Shown here: positions 1 through 11,892 of the stretch, piece by piece
Position numbering within the stretch: the stretch's first letter is position 1
How the letters are laid out: the number at the start of each line of letters is the position of its first letter
Made by a program: the position numbers and the translations under genes
Assembly (NCBI RefSeq): GCF_001194135.2
Contig: NC_068996.1
Location: forward strand, 52,802,234-52,866,233
Length of the DNA stretch: 64,000 nt
Source of the DNA: Octopus bimaculoides
Taxonomy: Eukaryota
Reading direction: 5' to 3'
The notes under the pieces: generated by a model
Told to the model about the DNA's origin: nothing
Databases searched by the model: none
The model's input: only the letters and a program-made list of their open reading frames with translations

Positions 1-360
1 TAATCTATGATGAAGCACTAGTCTGATCTTAAGTACTCTGTCACTTACTCTAACGACCTCGATTACCTTATCCACCCATTTCTCCGCTAGAAGTATTCCT
101 ACGCCCCCGACCCCGTCAGTGTTCCCTGCCCAGAAAATCTTGTACCTGTGTTCTTTGCCTGTGATGAACCTTGCAGAACCTCCTCTCCATCTTACTTCCT
201 GGATGCAGCACATATCTACGCGTCTCCGTTCAAGCATCTCAACAATTTCACCAGATCTACCTTTCAGCGTGCCGACGTTGAGAGTGCCAATCCTAACAGT
301 ATGGGTGTTGGGGGTGTGGGCCTGTAGCCTGGGAAGGGGAAAAGCAGTGTCGTGTGTCAG
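1..360 (-). mobile_element. RTE-clade LINE, 5' part (APE endonuclease N-terminus); runs off the left edge
   Basis: Minus-strand frame open from 360 to 1: ...TVRIGTLNVGTLKGRSGEIVEMLERRRVDMCCIQEVRWRG...GVGILLAEKWVDKVIEVVRVSDRVLKIRLVL. These are APE endonuclease motifs (xNV, IQE, GVG). CpGs are retained, consistent with a young copy. Confidence 0.85.
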
Positions 361-754
361 TGTTATTTTCAATTTTGTGTAATTTAGACAACAATTTATT
401 CACCGCACCCAGTATATATATATATATATAATGTACTGATCGGTGACCAAAATTCAACAAAAAAGTATATATATACAGTTGGCTGCTTTCTTGTATGAAC
501 AAAGCCATAACTAGAAAGACTCATTGAAATGAGTCATTGTTGATGTAATGTGAGATCCTTGTATGACTCTTAAGCCCATTAAAAGATTTGCCCATTCTAT
601 TGCATAATGCACAACTGTGCTGGCTGGCAGAGGGAACAGGTTCTACAGTATGAATTCTTCTGACATGTCCTTTTAATCTTCCAACTGAAAGGCACACCTT
701 TCCACAGGTTGCACATGTTCTGTTGTCAACAATAACCGTATCATAAATTATGAA

Positions 755-1030
755 TCATCATCGTTTAACATCCGCTTTCCATGCTGGCATGGGTTGGACG
801 ATTTGACTGAGGGCTGGCGAGCCAGAAAGCTGCGCCAAGCTCCAATCCAATCTGGCAAGCTTTCTACAGCTGGATGTCCTTCCTAACACCAACCACTCCA
901 AGAGTGTAGTGGGTGCTTTTTACATGCCATTGGCATGGGGGCCAGTCAGGCGGTAATGGCATCAACCACGCTTGAATGGTGCTTTTTACACACCACTGGC
1001 GACGACCATATTCGAATGGCGCTTTTTACG
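755..1030 (-). mobile_element. RTE LINE 3'-tail copy (SINE-like, ends in (GAT)n)
   Basis: Same sequence as the 3' end of the long RTE at 11893-12250 (catcatcgtttaac...ttccatgctggcatgggttggacg...ggatgtccttcctaac). Confidence 0.8.
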
Positions 1031-1247
1031 TGCCCTTTCTCTCTCTCTATATATATATGTGTGTGCATATATATATGTGTTATGTGTATATATAAATATA
1101 CACACACAAACACGTACAAATACATACATACGAGCATATATACATGCACACACACACACACATAGATATGGAGGTCTTCTTTCAGTTTCCCTCCACAAGA
1201 TCTACTCACAAGGCTTTTATTGGCCTTACAATATAGATTATATAGAA

Positions 1248-1288
<41 letters not shown>

Positions 1289-1929
1289 TATTATATATAT
1301 AGTCAATTCAAAAAACAAAGAAAAGAAAAAGGAAAAAACAAACATGAGGACGCATTAATGAGAGTTGTTGCTTTACGTTTCAAGCACAGCTCTTTGTTGG
1401 AAACAGGAAAAACAGAAAAGTCCAAAGGGAGAGAAAGAGGAAAATTGCCAACAGTCCAGGTGTAGTTACATTTCTGAGGTGACCGGAAATAGAAGAAAAA
1501 TGCTCTCTGGGACAGGAGTGTTAAGATGATCAGTATGTGTGTGTGTAGTAGAGTGTGGTATGTGTGTGTGTGTGTAGGTGGAGGCAGCATATATATTGTA
1601 GCTTACATTTACACCACCATGATGTATACATTTACATACACATTTATATGTTTATATATATACACACACTCATTCATATGCATGCATGTGCATACATAAA
1701 CATGTGTGTGTGTGTGAGTTTGTTTACATTTTTCAGATGAGACATTTGCAGTTTTATTTTGATTAAACTATCAGCATCTTCAGAGCAAAACCTTTGAATG
1801 CTGTTCACCTGCTTTAGTGTCTCTGACATTCACTCACTCTCATACCGTTTGTTGTTTTACTCTTTTTACCAGCTTAACCAATGAGACACACATTGCACTT
1901 TATCATGTGTAAGATTATATTGAGTGACA

Positions 1930-2600
1930 GCAGAAGACATGCAATAGGAGATCCTATGACCTCTGAACATTAAGCCTCACTGAGGCAATGACTTTTGACC
2001 GAGACCTTTGGAAATATGCTGTGCGTGAGAAGACCCGGCAAGCCAAGTGAGACCTAAATCCAAGGCCTCTGCCAGGGGTGTAGCCAGCCCACTTATGCAT
2101 ACCTTTCCTTCATTGGACATTAAACTCCGCTTGTGAAGACCTATTGAGGCAAGTAAAATCGAAATCAAACTAAATTCGACGACTGGCCCCCATGCCAAGG
2201 TCTCCTCCATTGGATACTAAACTCTGCTTGTGAAGACCTGTTGGGGCAAGCGAAAGCGAAATCATGATGGCACCACCGTTCGAGTGTGATCGTTACCAGC
2301 GTCGCCTTCCTGGCACTTGTGCAGCAGCTTCGTGTTTCTGGCATTTGTGCCGGTGGCATGTGAAAAGTCATTTGAGCGAGATTGTTGCCAGTACTGCCTG
2401 ACTGGCCTTCGTGCCGGTGGCACGTAAAAGCACCTACTACACTCTCGGAGTGATTGGCGTTAGGAAGGGCATCCAGCTGTAGAAACTCTGCCAAATCAGA
2501 TTGGAGCCTGGTGTAGCCATCTGGTTCACCAGTCCCCAGTCAAATCGTCCAACCCATGCTAGCATGGAAAGCGGATGTTGAACGACGATGATGATGATGA
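1930..2600 (+). mobile_element. 5'-truncated RTE LINE 3' end (ORF C-terminus, 3' UTR, (GAT)n tail)
   Basis: Encodes ...LTEAMTFDRDLWKYAVREKTRQAK*, homologous to the minus-strand sequence at ~12400-12480. Followed by the shared tail ending aacgacgatgatgatgatga. Confidence 0.8.
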
Positions 2601-2945
2601 GAGTTAGGTGACAGGAAGAGTAACCAGCTGTAAGATGTCTCCATAATACATTCATTTAATTCAAGCTAAGATGGAAAAAAACAAATGGAACACAAAGAGA
2701 AATTGTAAACATACACACACACAGATAACTTTGGTTTCTAATGGACTGAGATTTCTGGAACTACAATTTATTTCAAGTGTTTTTTCTACTGTATAATAGA
2801 TCTGTTACTTTCTTCACCAGAGTTCTTTCTCTGAAGAAACCGAATCACTTGGAAAAGAGGCAACAATTCTAATAAAATGGAAATCACTTTTTTTTTTACT
2901 TTGATACCATTTCACATTAAACATTTGTTTAACAAGTAATTTCAT

Positions 2946-3410
2946 TTATGTTTAGGTTGTTGTTGGCACTCCGTCGCTTCCGACGTCGAGGGTTCTAGTT
3001 GATCCGATCAACGGAACAGCCTGCTCATGATATTAAGGTGCAAGTGGCTGAGCACTCCAGAAACACGTGTACCCTTAATGTAGTTCTCAGGGATATTCAG
3101 CATGACACAGTGTGACAAGGCTGACCCTTTGAATTACAGGCACAACAGAAATAGGAAGAAAGAGTGAGAGAAAGTTGTGGTNNNNNNNNNNACCCTTTGA
3201 ATTACAGGCACAACAGAAATAGGAAGAAAGAGTGAGAGAAAGTTGTGGTGAAAGAGTACAGCAGGGTTCGCCACCATCCCCTACCGGAGCCTCGTGGAGC
3301 TTTAGGTGTTTCCACTCAATAAACACTCAAAACGCCTGGCCTGGGAATCGAAACCGCGATCCTATGACCGTGAGTCCGCTGCCCTAACCACTGGGTCATT
3401 GCACCTCCAC
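2946..3410 (-). mobile_element. tRNA-derived SINE
   Basis: Minus strand begins gtggaggtgcaatgacccagtggttagggcagcgg...ggtttcgattcccagg (A-box and B-box-like tRNA head). Related heads occur at 33111, 36577 and 51076. Confidence 0.75.
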
Positions 3411-3899
3411 TGTTTAGGTACAAAAATAGAAAATAAGAAATAATAAGATTCTTCACTGATACATGGAATTATCACTTCAAAATTTTGATACGACACATAC
3501 AGGACAAAAAACAGTATGGCTATTGATGCTCTTATAAAATTCTCCCTTCAAAGGGTTAGAGTTATCATCTGGAATTACCAGATTTATATAAGCTTTTATG
3601 TCATCCTGAAATGACCTGATAATGGTACCATGTCAGATATATATTATATTGAACATGCATATGCATACACACACGGTCCAGAAAGTTATACCAGTTAACT
3701 TGGTAGAGATTAGCTTTAGCCAGAAATCTGGCTGTAAAATAACAACGAAAGTTTATTTGGGAACAAAGAACAAAACCTAAGCACACACAGCTGGATTATG
3801 AACTAATTTCATCAATGCAAAATTAACTTGTTCTTGCCTTTGACCCTCCAACGCGGAGTATAGGCCACTTATAATTGAATTCCATGTCGCATAATTTCT

Positions 3900-4140
3900 C
3901 GCTTCTGTACTTATACTCTGCCATGAATGTCCCCCTTTCTCTAGTTCCTTTTGTTTGATCTACGCCATGAGTTCTTAGGCCTACCCCTCTTTCTATATCC
4001 ATCCGGATTCCACTGTAAAGCACTTTTCGCTGCATTTGGTGTGTCCTTTCTAATTGTGCTACCAATCTGCTTCCACTTTTTCTTAAATATTTGCTCTCTA
4101 ATCGGAGCTTGATTTGTTCTTTGCCATAGCTCCATGTTGC
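3900..4140 (-). mobile_element. RTE LINE C-terminal fragment (second RTE family)
   Basis: ORF 3941-4135 reads KWKQIGSTIRKDTPNAAKSALQWNPDGYRKRGRPKNSWRRS, the typical RTE C-terminal W.P.G.R.RGRP..W motif. Confidence 0.75.
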
Positions 4141-4879
4141 AAAATAGTTCATTTTATTTTTTTATTTTCAATTTTCATTGTCACAAAACAAACATCCTAT
4201 ACAATGTCATTTTTCTCATTCAGCTCGTTAACTGTTAATGACGACTACAGTTCTCTTGTCATGTAACAGGACTAACTATTACTATACACAATTTCACAAT
4301 AGACTTTCAATTTTAAAGGAAAAAATTACTGCAGTTTCATTTCACTGCCCAGGTTTACTTGGCTATTGCTGAACATTATTTTACATTCATTTCATTATGC
4401 AAATCTCTGCCAAGTTCTGTATCATAAAGCAAAAGATTCTCCAGATTTTGTTACTCTGAGTCTTTTCTAATGAATGCAAAAGGTGTTCTAAAGTATTGTT
4501 GACCGTTTGCAGTGTGCTGAGATGTCTATGTGTTGTCTCTGAAATAGATATTTTATCACATTTTAAATATTTTAACAATTGATGCCGTCTTGCTGCAAAC
4601 ATTTAATCAGACAATACTGGAATGGGTTGGATGATCCCTGTACCTTGAGGATATGCCCTGGCACTTCACCACCCTCTTGCTCTCTTCTACTCCCTCTCTC
4701 TTTGATCATTTGCTCTCTCTCCCTCTGACTGGATAACCATGTATCCCCTCTACAGAAACACACATTCTAAGCTCTCATTACCTGACACAAGACTACCTCC
4801 TCAAATGCCAACACCTCTCAACAAATCTTGGTAACCCTGCCAGGGCTGGTGTATCCAGTTCACACTATAAAGTAGTTGG

Positions 4880-5100
4880 TGTTTGGAAGGGCCTCCAGCT
4901 GTAAAAACCATGCCATAATAAGCCTTGCCAGTACTGGTGCCACGTAAAAAGCACTCAGTCCACTCTGTAAAGTGGTTGCTTCTAGAAAGGGCCATAAAAA
5001 CCCTGCTAAAACAGTGAAGCCTGGTGCAGTCTTCTGCCTAGCAAGCTCTGTCAAACCGTCCAAACCATGGAAAACGGACGTTAAATGATGATGATGATGT
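4880..5100 (+). mobile_element. RTE 3'-tail copy (diverged)
   Basis: gtgccacgtaaaaagcac...gtggttg...gtcaaaccgtccaaaccatggaaaacggacgttaaatgatgatgatgatg. Confidence 0.7.
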
Positions 5101-5119
5101 GTGAGCGCGCGCGCAAGCG

Positions 5120-5300
5120 TCTGTGCTTGTCCGCTTGACTACCAGTGCTGGTGAGTTGTTTATGTCCCTGTAACCTAGCGGTTCGGAGAAAGAGACAGAC
5201 AAAATAAGTGCAAGGTTTAAAAAACAAGCACTAGGGTCGAATCGTTCGACTGAAATGTTTCAAGAACGTGCCCCAGCATGGCCACAGTCTAATGACTGAT
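5120..5300 (+). mobile_element. SINE body fragment (family also at 18520, 26545, 31780, 38485)
   Basis: Shared motif tttatgtcccc-gtaac-tagcggttcgg-aaaagaga...aataagt...ggggtcga...cagcatggccacagtc. Confidence 0.65.
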
Positions 5301-8300
5301 TTTCTGGCATAAGTTTGGCAACCACGGTTTATTGCTGTTGTTTTCGTCCAGTTTTGCGAAGCTGGTTTTCGGGTGGCGAGGATGTTACCAATTCCAGGCG
5401 TAAAGGGACATAACTCGGCTATCTTTTGATATTTTCCTCGTTATTTTAGATAAAAGATAAATTATTCGGCGGACAGAAATTATTATGAGACTGTTCATAA
5501 TCAAATGCCTCGATCTTTAGATAGTATTACAAAATCTCTCAATGCAACAAGACCCAAAGAGACAACCACCACGTGGTCAATAGACATGCTAGATATGACG
5601 GTCAATCTCTCTTATGTCACACCCGAAAGTCTTAAAGAAAAAGTAAAAAAGACTGGCTAACATAGATCCGGATACATTATGCCGTAATTCTCCATTGCCC
5701 GCAAACTGAAGCCTCGTTTAAAATTAGATCCTGAAGCATTCATTCGAAAATGCGACAGAATTTCCTCGCCAAACTGGTTGTTGGTTCTCTATACCATAAT
5801 AGCTTTTTAGCTCTTTCGACAATAAACGTACTTGCATATTATGTAGTTCAAGATCAATAAAATGCTTAAGAAGAAATGCAGCAGCAGCGAGCCTTAGTAT
5901 ATTCAACGAGTGCATGATGACCTGCTTCACCGTATCACTGTGAAGACATTCGACGTGTTTTCCGTATGACCGATGAATGAATCCAAGTCTCCAAATGCAT
6001 CTTCTTTTGTTTATATTTTAGATTTGATAAAGAGCTTATAGATGTGGGCAAAAGGAAATATATTGACGGTACTTCTTGTAGATCAAAGGATCTGATTATT
6101 CAAACTGAGTTAAGAGTGTGATCGATTAGCGTCATACTGTCGAGTATTCGCCCTAAAAAACCCTCGCTATCAATAATTTGCCGAAATACTGCTCCAGATA
6201 AAACAGCTTCAACAGATCAATGGACACTATACTAGAGAACGTGATGGGTTTCGACATTATGCTATCAATCAGTCTGCTCAGTAAGATGGTCGATTTTGGT
6301 GATACTCTGAGCACATATTTGATACATTGAGAGTGTAAAACAAATAGGACAAGGCTGATCTTGACTATGACGGACAAAAAGGATCATACAAGTCATTGAG
6401 AGGCAGTACTTTCACAGTGATGAAAGTTACAATAATGGAAGCGTTCTTGTCTGGATCTCCGTTGAGATTTAGGTACAGTTCCAGTTTTGCGCAACTTCCC
6501 TGATGTTGAAACTTAATCATCGTATTTTACTTCATATTGTCTTATTTAGGCCATTAGCATTAAATTAAACAAGCCAGTTCTGATCCAAATATTCTACCTG
6601 TTTTTAGTTCAAACTGTCCAAATCCGGCCTCTCACACAAGATGTGATTGTTTATCCTAGAACTGATTAATTCAAAATAATAACTATGCAATGCAGTGGAC
6701 AGAATAATTTGAATGCTGAAGGGGTTACATTCCGGCCGTGAAAAATATTGGAATAACTCAAGGGGAAGTGTTTTCCATTATAATATCAGGCCCACCAAAA
6801 GCCCAGCATGGCCGCAGTTCAATGACTGAAAAGCAAAAGATTTTATTTAACCGGGATTCCTTCGACGAAATCAAAACATCGATTCGGTTCTTTTCGTAAA
6901 AGGCTGAAAAGCACGTGGTCAACTGTCATGAAATGAGAAAAGAAGAAAGCTAATGGGTTGTAGGTGCGTGCGTGCTTGTACCTGTGTGTGCGTGCGTAAC
7001 CTCATCACGATGAAAAGGTAAACAAGACCGATTGAAGCGGAAAAAAAAAAAACCCATTCCATTTCATTGTGGTTTGATAATAAAATAGAAGTGAAATATT
7101 TTTATTGGTTTCATTTATTTCATCGAAAACAACTTCGCCGTCTGGTGCGAAACAACTGAATCCAATTAAACAATTATAACCACGAGTTAATAAATTTGTA
7201 CTCATTTCTTAGGAATAATATCTAATATTGGCTAAATCGCCCTAATGCCTTATGTTTTATCTTTATTCTGGTGATACTTTCATTATCGAATTTTTTTAAG
7301 TCTTTAAAGCTTAAAGACATACTTTTAGATATAATACCTCCTGACAAAGAAACACATAAACGAAACCGTAAAATGTAACTTGTACATTATTATGGAATTT
7401 GGCTGTTGCAGCTATGGTTTCTAGCAGGTAGATTAAGCACGTGGGTATTTTCGTTAGTCAACATCTCTTTCGTTTAAGATGAAAAATATTTGATAATAAA
7501 CATTCACATAATAATTTCTAATATCTTACTTCGTAAAAAAAAAATTGCATCGTTTTGAATAATTGGTTTTATTTTACCTAAAAGTAATAAAACTTTGAAA
7601 AACATTGGTCTCATTAAGTGGGGTATTTACATTTCTTCCAGCTCAACCCTTCAAAAGGTAAAACTTTACAAAGAATTCTGAATTGCTATCATGTTTTCTA
7701 CGTTGCAATCGTTTTAGTTCCAACACGCGATCTCAGATCAAAACACTTGCTATGCAAAGCACATGTCTGTAATTTAAAAAAATTAATTGATGGTGCTTCA
7801 TTATCCCCAAATAAAACAAACTGACCGTTGCACAAGGTTGGAAAAAAGAAAGAAAAAAGTTAAGTTCTACGATGAACGACAAATACTGCTCAGTCCTTAC
7901 TAAATAAATAAAAAAATTCAAACAAAAATATCTCACAGGTATATGTTTAGCAGTGATTGGTCTGATTAGTATAAACGTACAATCTGTTTAATTTCAATTA
8001 ACTTAGTCTTCTTTAATGACTAAGAACTAGCTCAAACCAAAAATTAGAGAACAGAGATTTTAAAGGGAAAATGAATTAGAAAAATAAAGGTAGAGAAAAG
8101 TTCCTATTCATAATTTCTATTAGATGGTTTTAACAATGACAATTATGGCCATGCCACCACCACGGAACATTCGGGTTACGAATTAGAAGGGGAAATCACT
8201 ACCAAGATATTTCAAAATACTAATTCCCATATTTTGATGTCATGAAAGAGAAAGTGAGGTTTTAGCTTTTCACAGACCGTCTGCGCTTCAACTAACAAAA

Positions 8301-10379
8301 TTATTCAAACCAGCTTAAAATTCTGCGAAATTTCTAACCAAATGTAAAGGTAAACCCTAATTGCTGATCTTAGATCAGCTATAAATACGATTATAATAAA
8401 CAGGATTATTCGCACTAATTAAAAATTAAAATCTAAATACAATCAAATTAGTAGGTTATATTTTAAAAAGAATTACATCAATTAAGATATTTGTGCTTAA
8501 AATAACAATTCTAATTATCACGAACACATGTTGCAAGATACTAAAATATTTTTCACAAATTGATATTTTAAACATTATTTTAAATAAATGTTTTAAATTT
8601 CCTTTCTCTTTTTTCGTTTTGTTTTTCTATAATAATTAATTACTTTCATAATAATGAAGAAGATTCTGATTATATTATCTTTTTCTCTATGGAGATTAAG
8701 AATTTGTCACTATGGCAAAATATTAGCATTACACCGGATTTGTTAACTTGCAGATAAATTGAAAATAAGAAGAAACAGCAGCATTGGTTCATAAAATATA
8801 AACAATAAAGTGTACCTTTTCTGTAGGCGATGCGCTCAGCAACAGTGGTCAGCAATGAATGATACGTTAATACATCTAACGGTAGATTTTGAAAGTATGG
8901 GTGCCATGCACTCAAATGAACAATAATGAAAATTCATATAACTTGGATTTTCTCCGTTTACGCAGGGATTTTACAATTTTTATTTTTGTACCACGCACTT
9001 CAAAATAATGGGGTGGGGGGGAGTCTTTAATAAAAATCCTTTTTAATCGATGATTTTTTTTTAAACATTGCCCCCCTTCTCCCTCTCCTTCGTACCTTCA
9101 CGACAGCCTCCCTCAACCCCGCTTTTTCGTAAAAACAGTGTTTGTGTGTGTATATACATTCACATACTACTACTACTACTACTACACACACACGCGCACG
9201 AGCACGCACACACATGCGTGCACGCACGCACACACACACACACATACAGGGGCCGAATAGTCAACTCACCTTCCGGGTATTCGAACAACCCATCACAGAG
9301 TTATCAGCCTTACTGATTTTCGGGGGGAGATGGTAGGGGATCCAGCAAATATAATTGCCTCGTACTTTTCATCGACCTACGAAGGTTGAAAAGACAAATT
9401 CGTCTTAAGGATGTAGCGTTGTGATCCGATGCTCAAAGATTCGGATCAAAGTATTCATACCCCCTATCTCTCTCCCTCCCCCCTATATATATATATAAAA
9501 TGGTTAATCTGTAATCTTTAGCTCGACAAAATATATTTTGCTTCGCCTACAACTCTTCGTAGAACTAACGCATTTTTGTTTTCATATTCGTTTCATACAC
9601 AATTTTTTCCACCCGTTGCACTATTTCTTTTTTGTTTTGTTTTCGTTTTCGGGTAATATTGTAAGCATTAACCGAAATAACAAACAGAATTAGAGGTGTT
9701 CATCTGTAACATGAGAAGGCAATTAAGAAGAAGGGGAAAATCATGCGCGCGCGCGCGCATGTGTAAATTTGTATTGGCATGAAAAGTATTTTTGATTTGG
9801 GATCGTGTGTTGAAACTAAAGCGACTGATGCATGGACGGACAAATTTGCCATTCGGAAACATAATAATACACAAAAGCTGCTAACTTCAGTTAAACATTT
9901 ATAGTTTGTAATATTTGAAATTGCGACCTGCTTACTGGAAGGCTGCTGCGTATTACAAACAATAAAGATTTATATGAAATCAATAGTCTTTTGTGTGTGA
10001 CTGAAAGGCTTGAAACTTTCATGCTACAGATGTTATACATATTATTAAGCCCGGTTTCACTCGGTCGGTTTGGATGATGTAGCTGTAAAACCTGCTCTGT
10101 GTAAAGCATTCGTCTTGTTTGAGCAAGCTTACATTAAGAAACAATTTTAGAATGACTTTTTTTCTGTCAAAACGCTAAAAATAAGTAACCAACAACAACA
10201 AAAAAAACTACCAAGACTCAACCAAATCAAAAAATAATCCAAATGTTAAGTGAAGATGAACCATCCCACTTCCATTGCACGCACACGCACACACAAACAC
10301 ACACACACGCACTCACATACCCCCCTTTTACATACACACATATTCACAGAGTTGAAATGCTGTTTGATTTTTTTTTTTC

Positions 10380-11515
10380 AGCATACTATTTTCATCATCC
10401 CACTACCAAGTATGACTCCGCCCCTTCCTTCCTTATTTTGAAGAGTGCAGTTCGATTTTAACGGTTATTTTTTCAAAGCTATAATAGAAGAGACAAAGGG
10501 GCATATTCGGCATATTTTGCTTTGAGTTCAATAAAGGCAACAACACAATGGAAAGTGCAAAAAATATTTATGCAGTATATGGGGATTGGACAATAAGCAG
10601 AAGCCAATGTCAACAATGATTCCAGAAATTCCGAGCTGGAAAGTACAGCCCAGAAGATTTGCCTCATCCTGAAAGATCTGCAGAGCTCAACAAGGACATG
10701 CTGCAAACTCAGGTGGAAAAAAATTCCATCGTAACTGTTGAGGAACTAGCAGAGAAGCTTGGATTTGCTCATTCAACCATTCATGGACACCTGCGTCCCA
10801 TTGGAAAAGTCAGCAAATTGGGTCAATGGGTTCCTCACAAACTTTCTGAGTCTAATCGCATGCAGAAAGTGAATGTGTGCTCTTCTTTGCTGTCACATCT
10901 CCCGAATGAACCTTTTTTGGACCGAATAGTGACTAGTGATGAGAAATGGGTTCTCTATAAAAATCTCAAGTGCTAAAAACAGTGAGTAGAGAAAGGAGAA
11001 CACTGGCACCCCATAAGGTTTAGTACACTTTGAACTTTAAACCCAAACCTAAAATAAAGGAGATCTACTGCGAGCCACTTGAATCACTGCTAGAAGAAAA
11101 ATGACCGTCTTTGGTTTCAAGACAAATGATGTTCACCCATCAGGATAATGCTTGACCACATACAGCGAGGGTGAAATTCCAAAGGCTGGAGCAGTTTGAA
11201 TGGAAAATGATGCCCCATCCACCATATTCGCCAGACATTGCCTCATCTGATTATCATTTATTCTGCAGTCTTCAAAATCATTTGGATGGAAAAAATATGA
11301 ATTCTGTAGACGAGGTGAGAACAGTACTGGAGGAGTTTCTTTCATCACAGACAAGTGAATTTTGGAAGAGGGGCCTTGCAATTCTACCAGACAGATGGAA
11401 GAGCATTGTAGAAAATGAAGGAGAGTATATTTTAAATTAAAAAAGAACTTTGTTTATCTTAATTTTGAAAATAAAAGAAGTATAAAAACTGCATTATTTA
11501 TGGGATGACTCAATA
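10380..11515 (+). mobile_element. Mariner (DD34D) transposon with pseudogenised transposase
   Basis: Frames give GHIRHILL, WVPHKL, IVTSDEKWV, HQDNA*PH and HPPYSPDIASSDYHLF, with several stops and frameshifts. A 3' TIR-like end (aaaactgcattatttatgggatgactcaata) precedes TA at ~11485-11515; no matching 5' TIR was found. Confidence 0.9.
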
Positions 11516-11529
11516 TATATATAACTATA

Positions 11530-11710
11530 TCATCATTATCGTCGTTTAATGTCTGCTTTCCATGCTAGCATGGGTTGGATGATTTGACTGAGGACTGGTG
11601 AAACCAGATGGCTACACCAGGCTCCAATCTGATTTGGCAGAGTTTCTACAGCTGGATGCCCTTCCTAACGCCAACCACTCAGAGAGTGTAGTGGGTGCTT
11701 TTACGTGTCA
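11530..11710 (-). mobile_element. RTE 3'-tail copy
   Basis: Near-identical to copies at 2440-2600 and 50140-50315. Confidence 0.8.
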
Positions 11711-11892
11711 AATTTACAGGAAACAAAAGATGAAGACAGGTGAAGGAACAACAAGAATAGAAACCTGTTACATTTTGAGCCAATGCTCTTTGACAGAAAA
11801 GATTAAGAGAAAAAGAAAAACAGAGAGAGAATAAAATGCATAGAGATTAATGGTTCAATGTATGTATGTACATAAGTACTTACAGACGTATA

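Noticed and set aside
935-1740. Many short ORFs rich in H/T/Y/I/C/V (also 9027-9336, 24540-25095, 25462-25946, 31108-31478)
   Set aside because: Translations of (CA)n, (TA)n and (TG)n microsatellites.
3123-3249. Apparent tandem duplications flanking 9-10 N gaps (also 12690-12790 and 15065-15180)
   Set aside because: Identical sequence on both sides of a short N gap indicates unmerged contig overlap, an assembly artefact.
3340-3410. tRNA-like sequences (also 33040-33111, 36577-36650, 39510-39570, 51076-51150)
   Set aside because: They are SINE heads without complete cloverleaf pairing and continue into SINE bodies; not tRNA genes.
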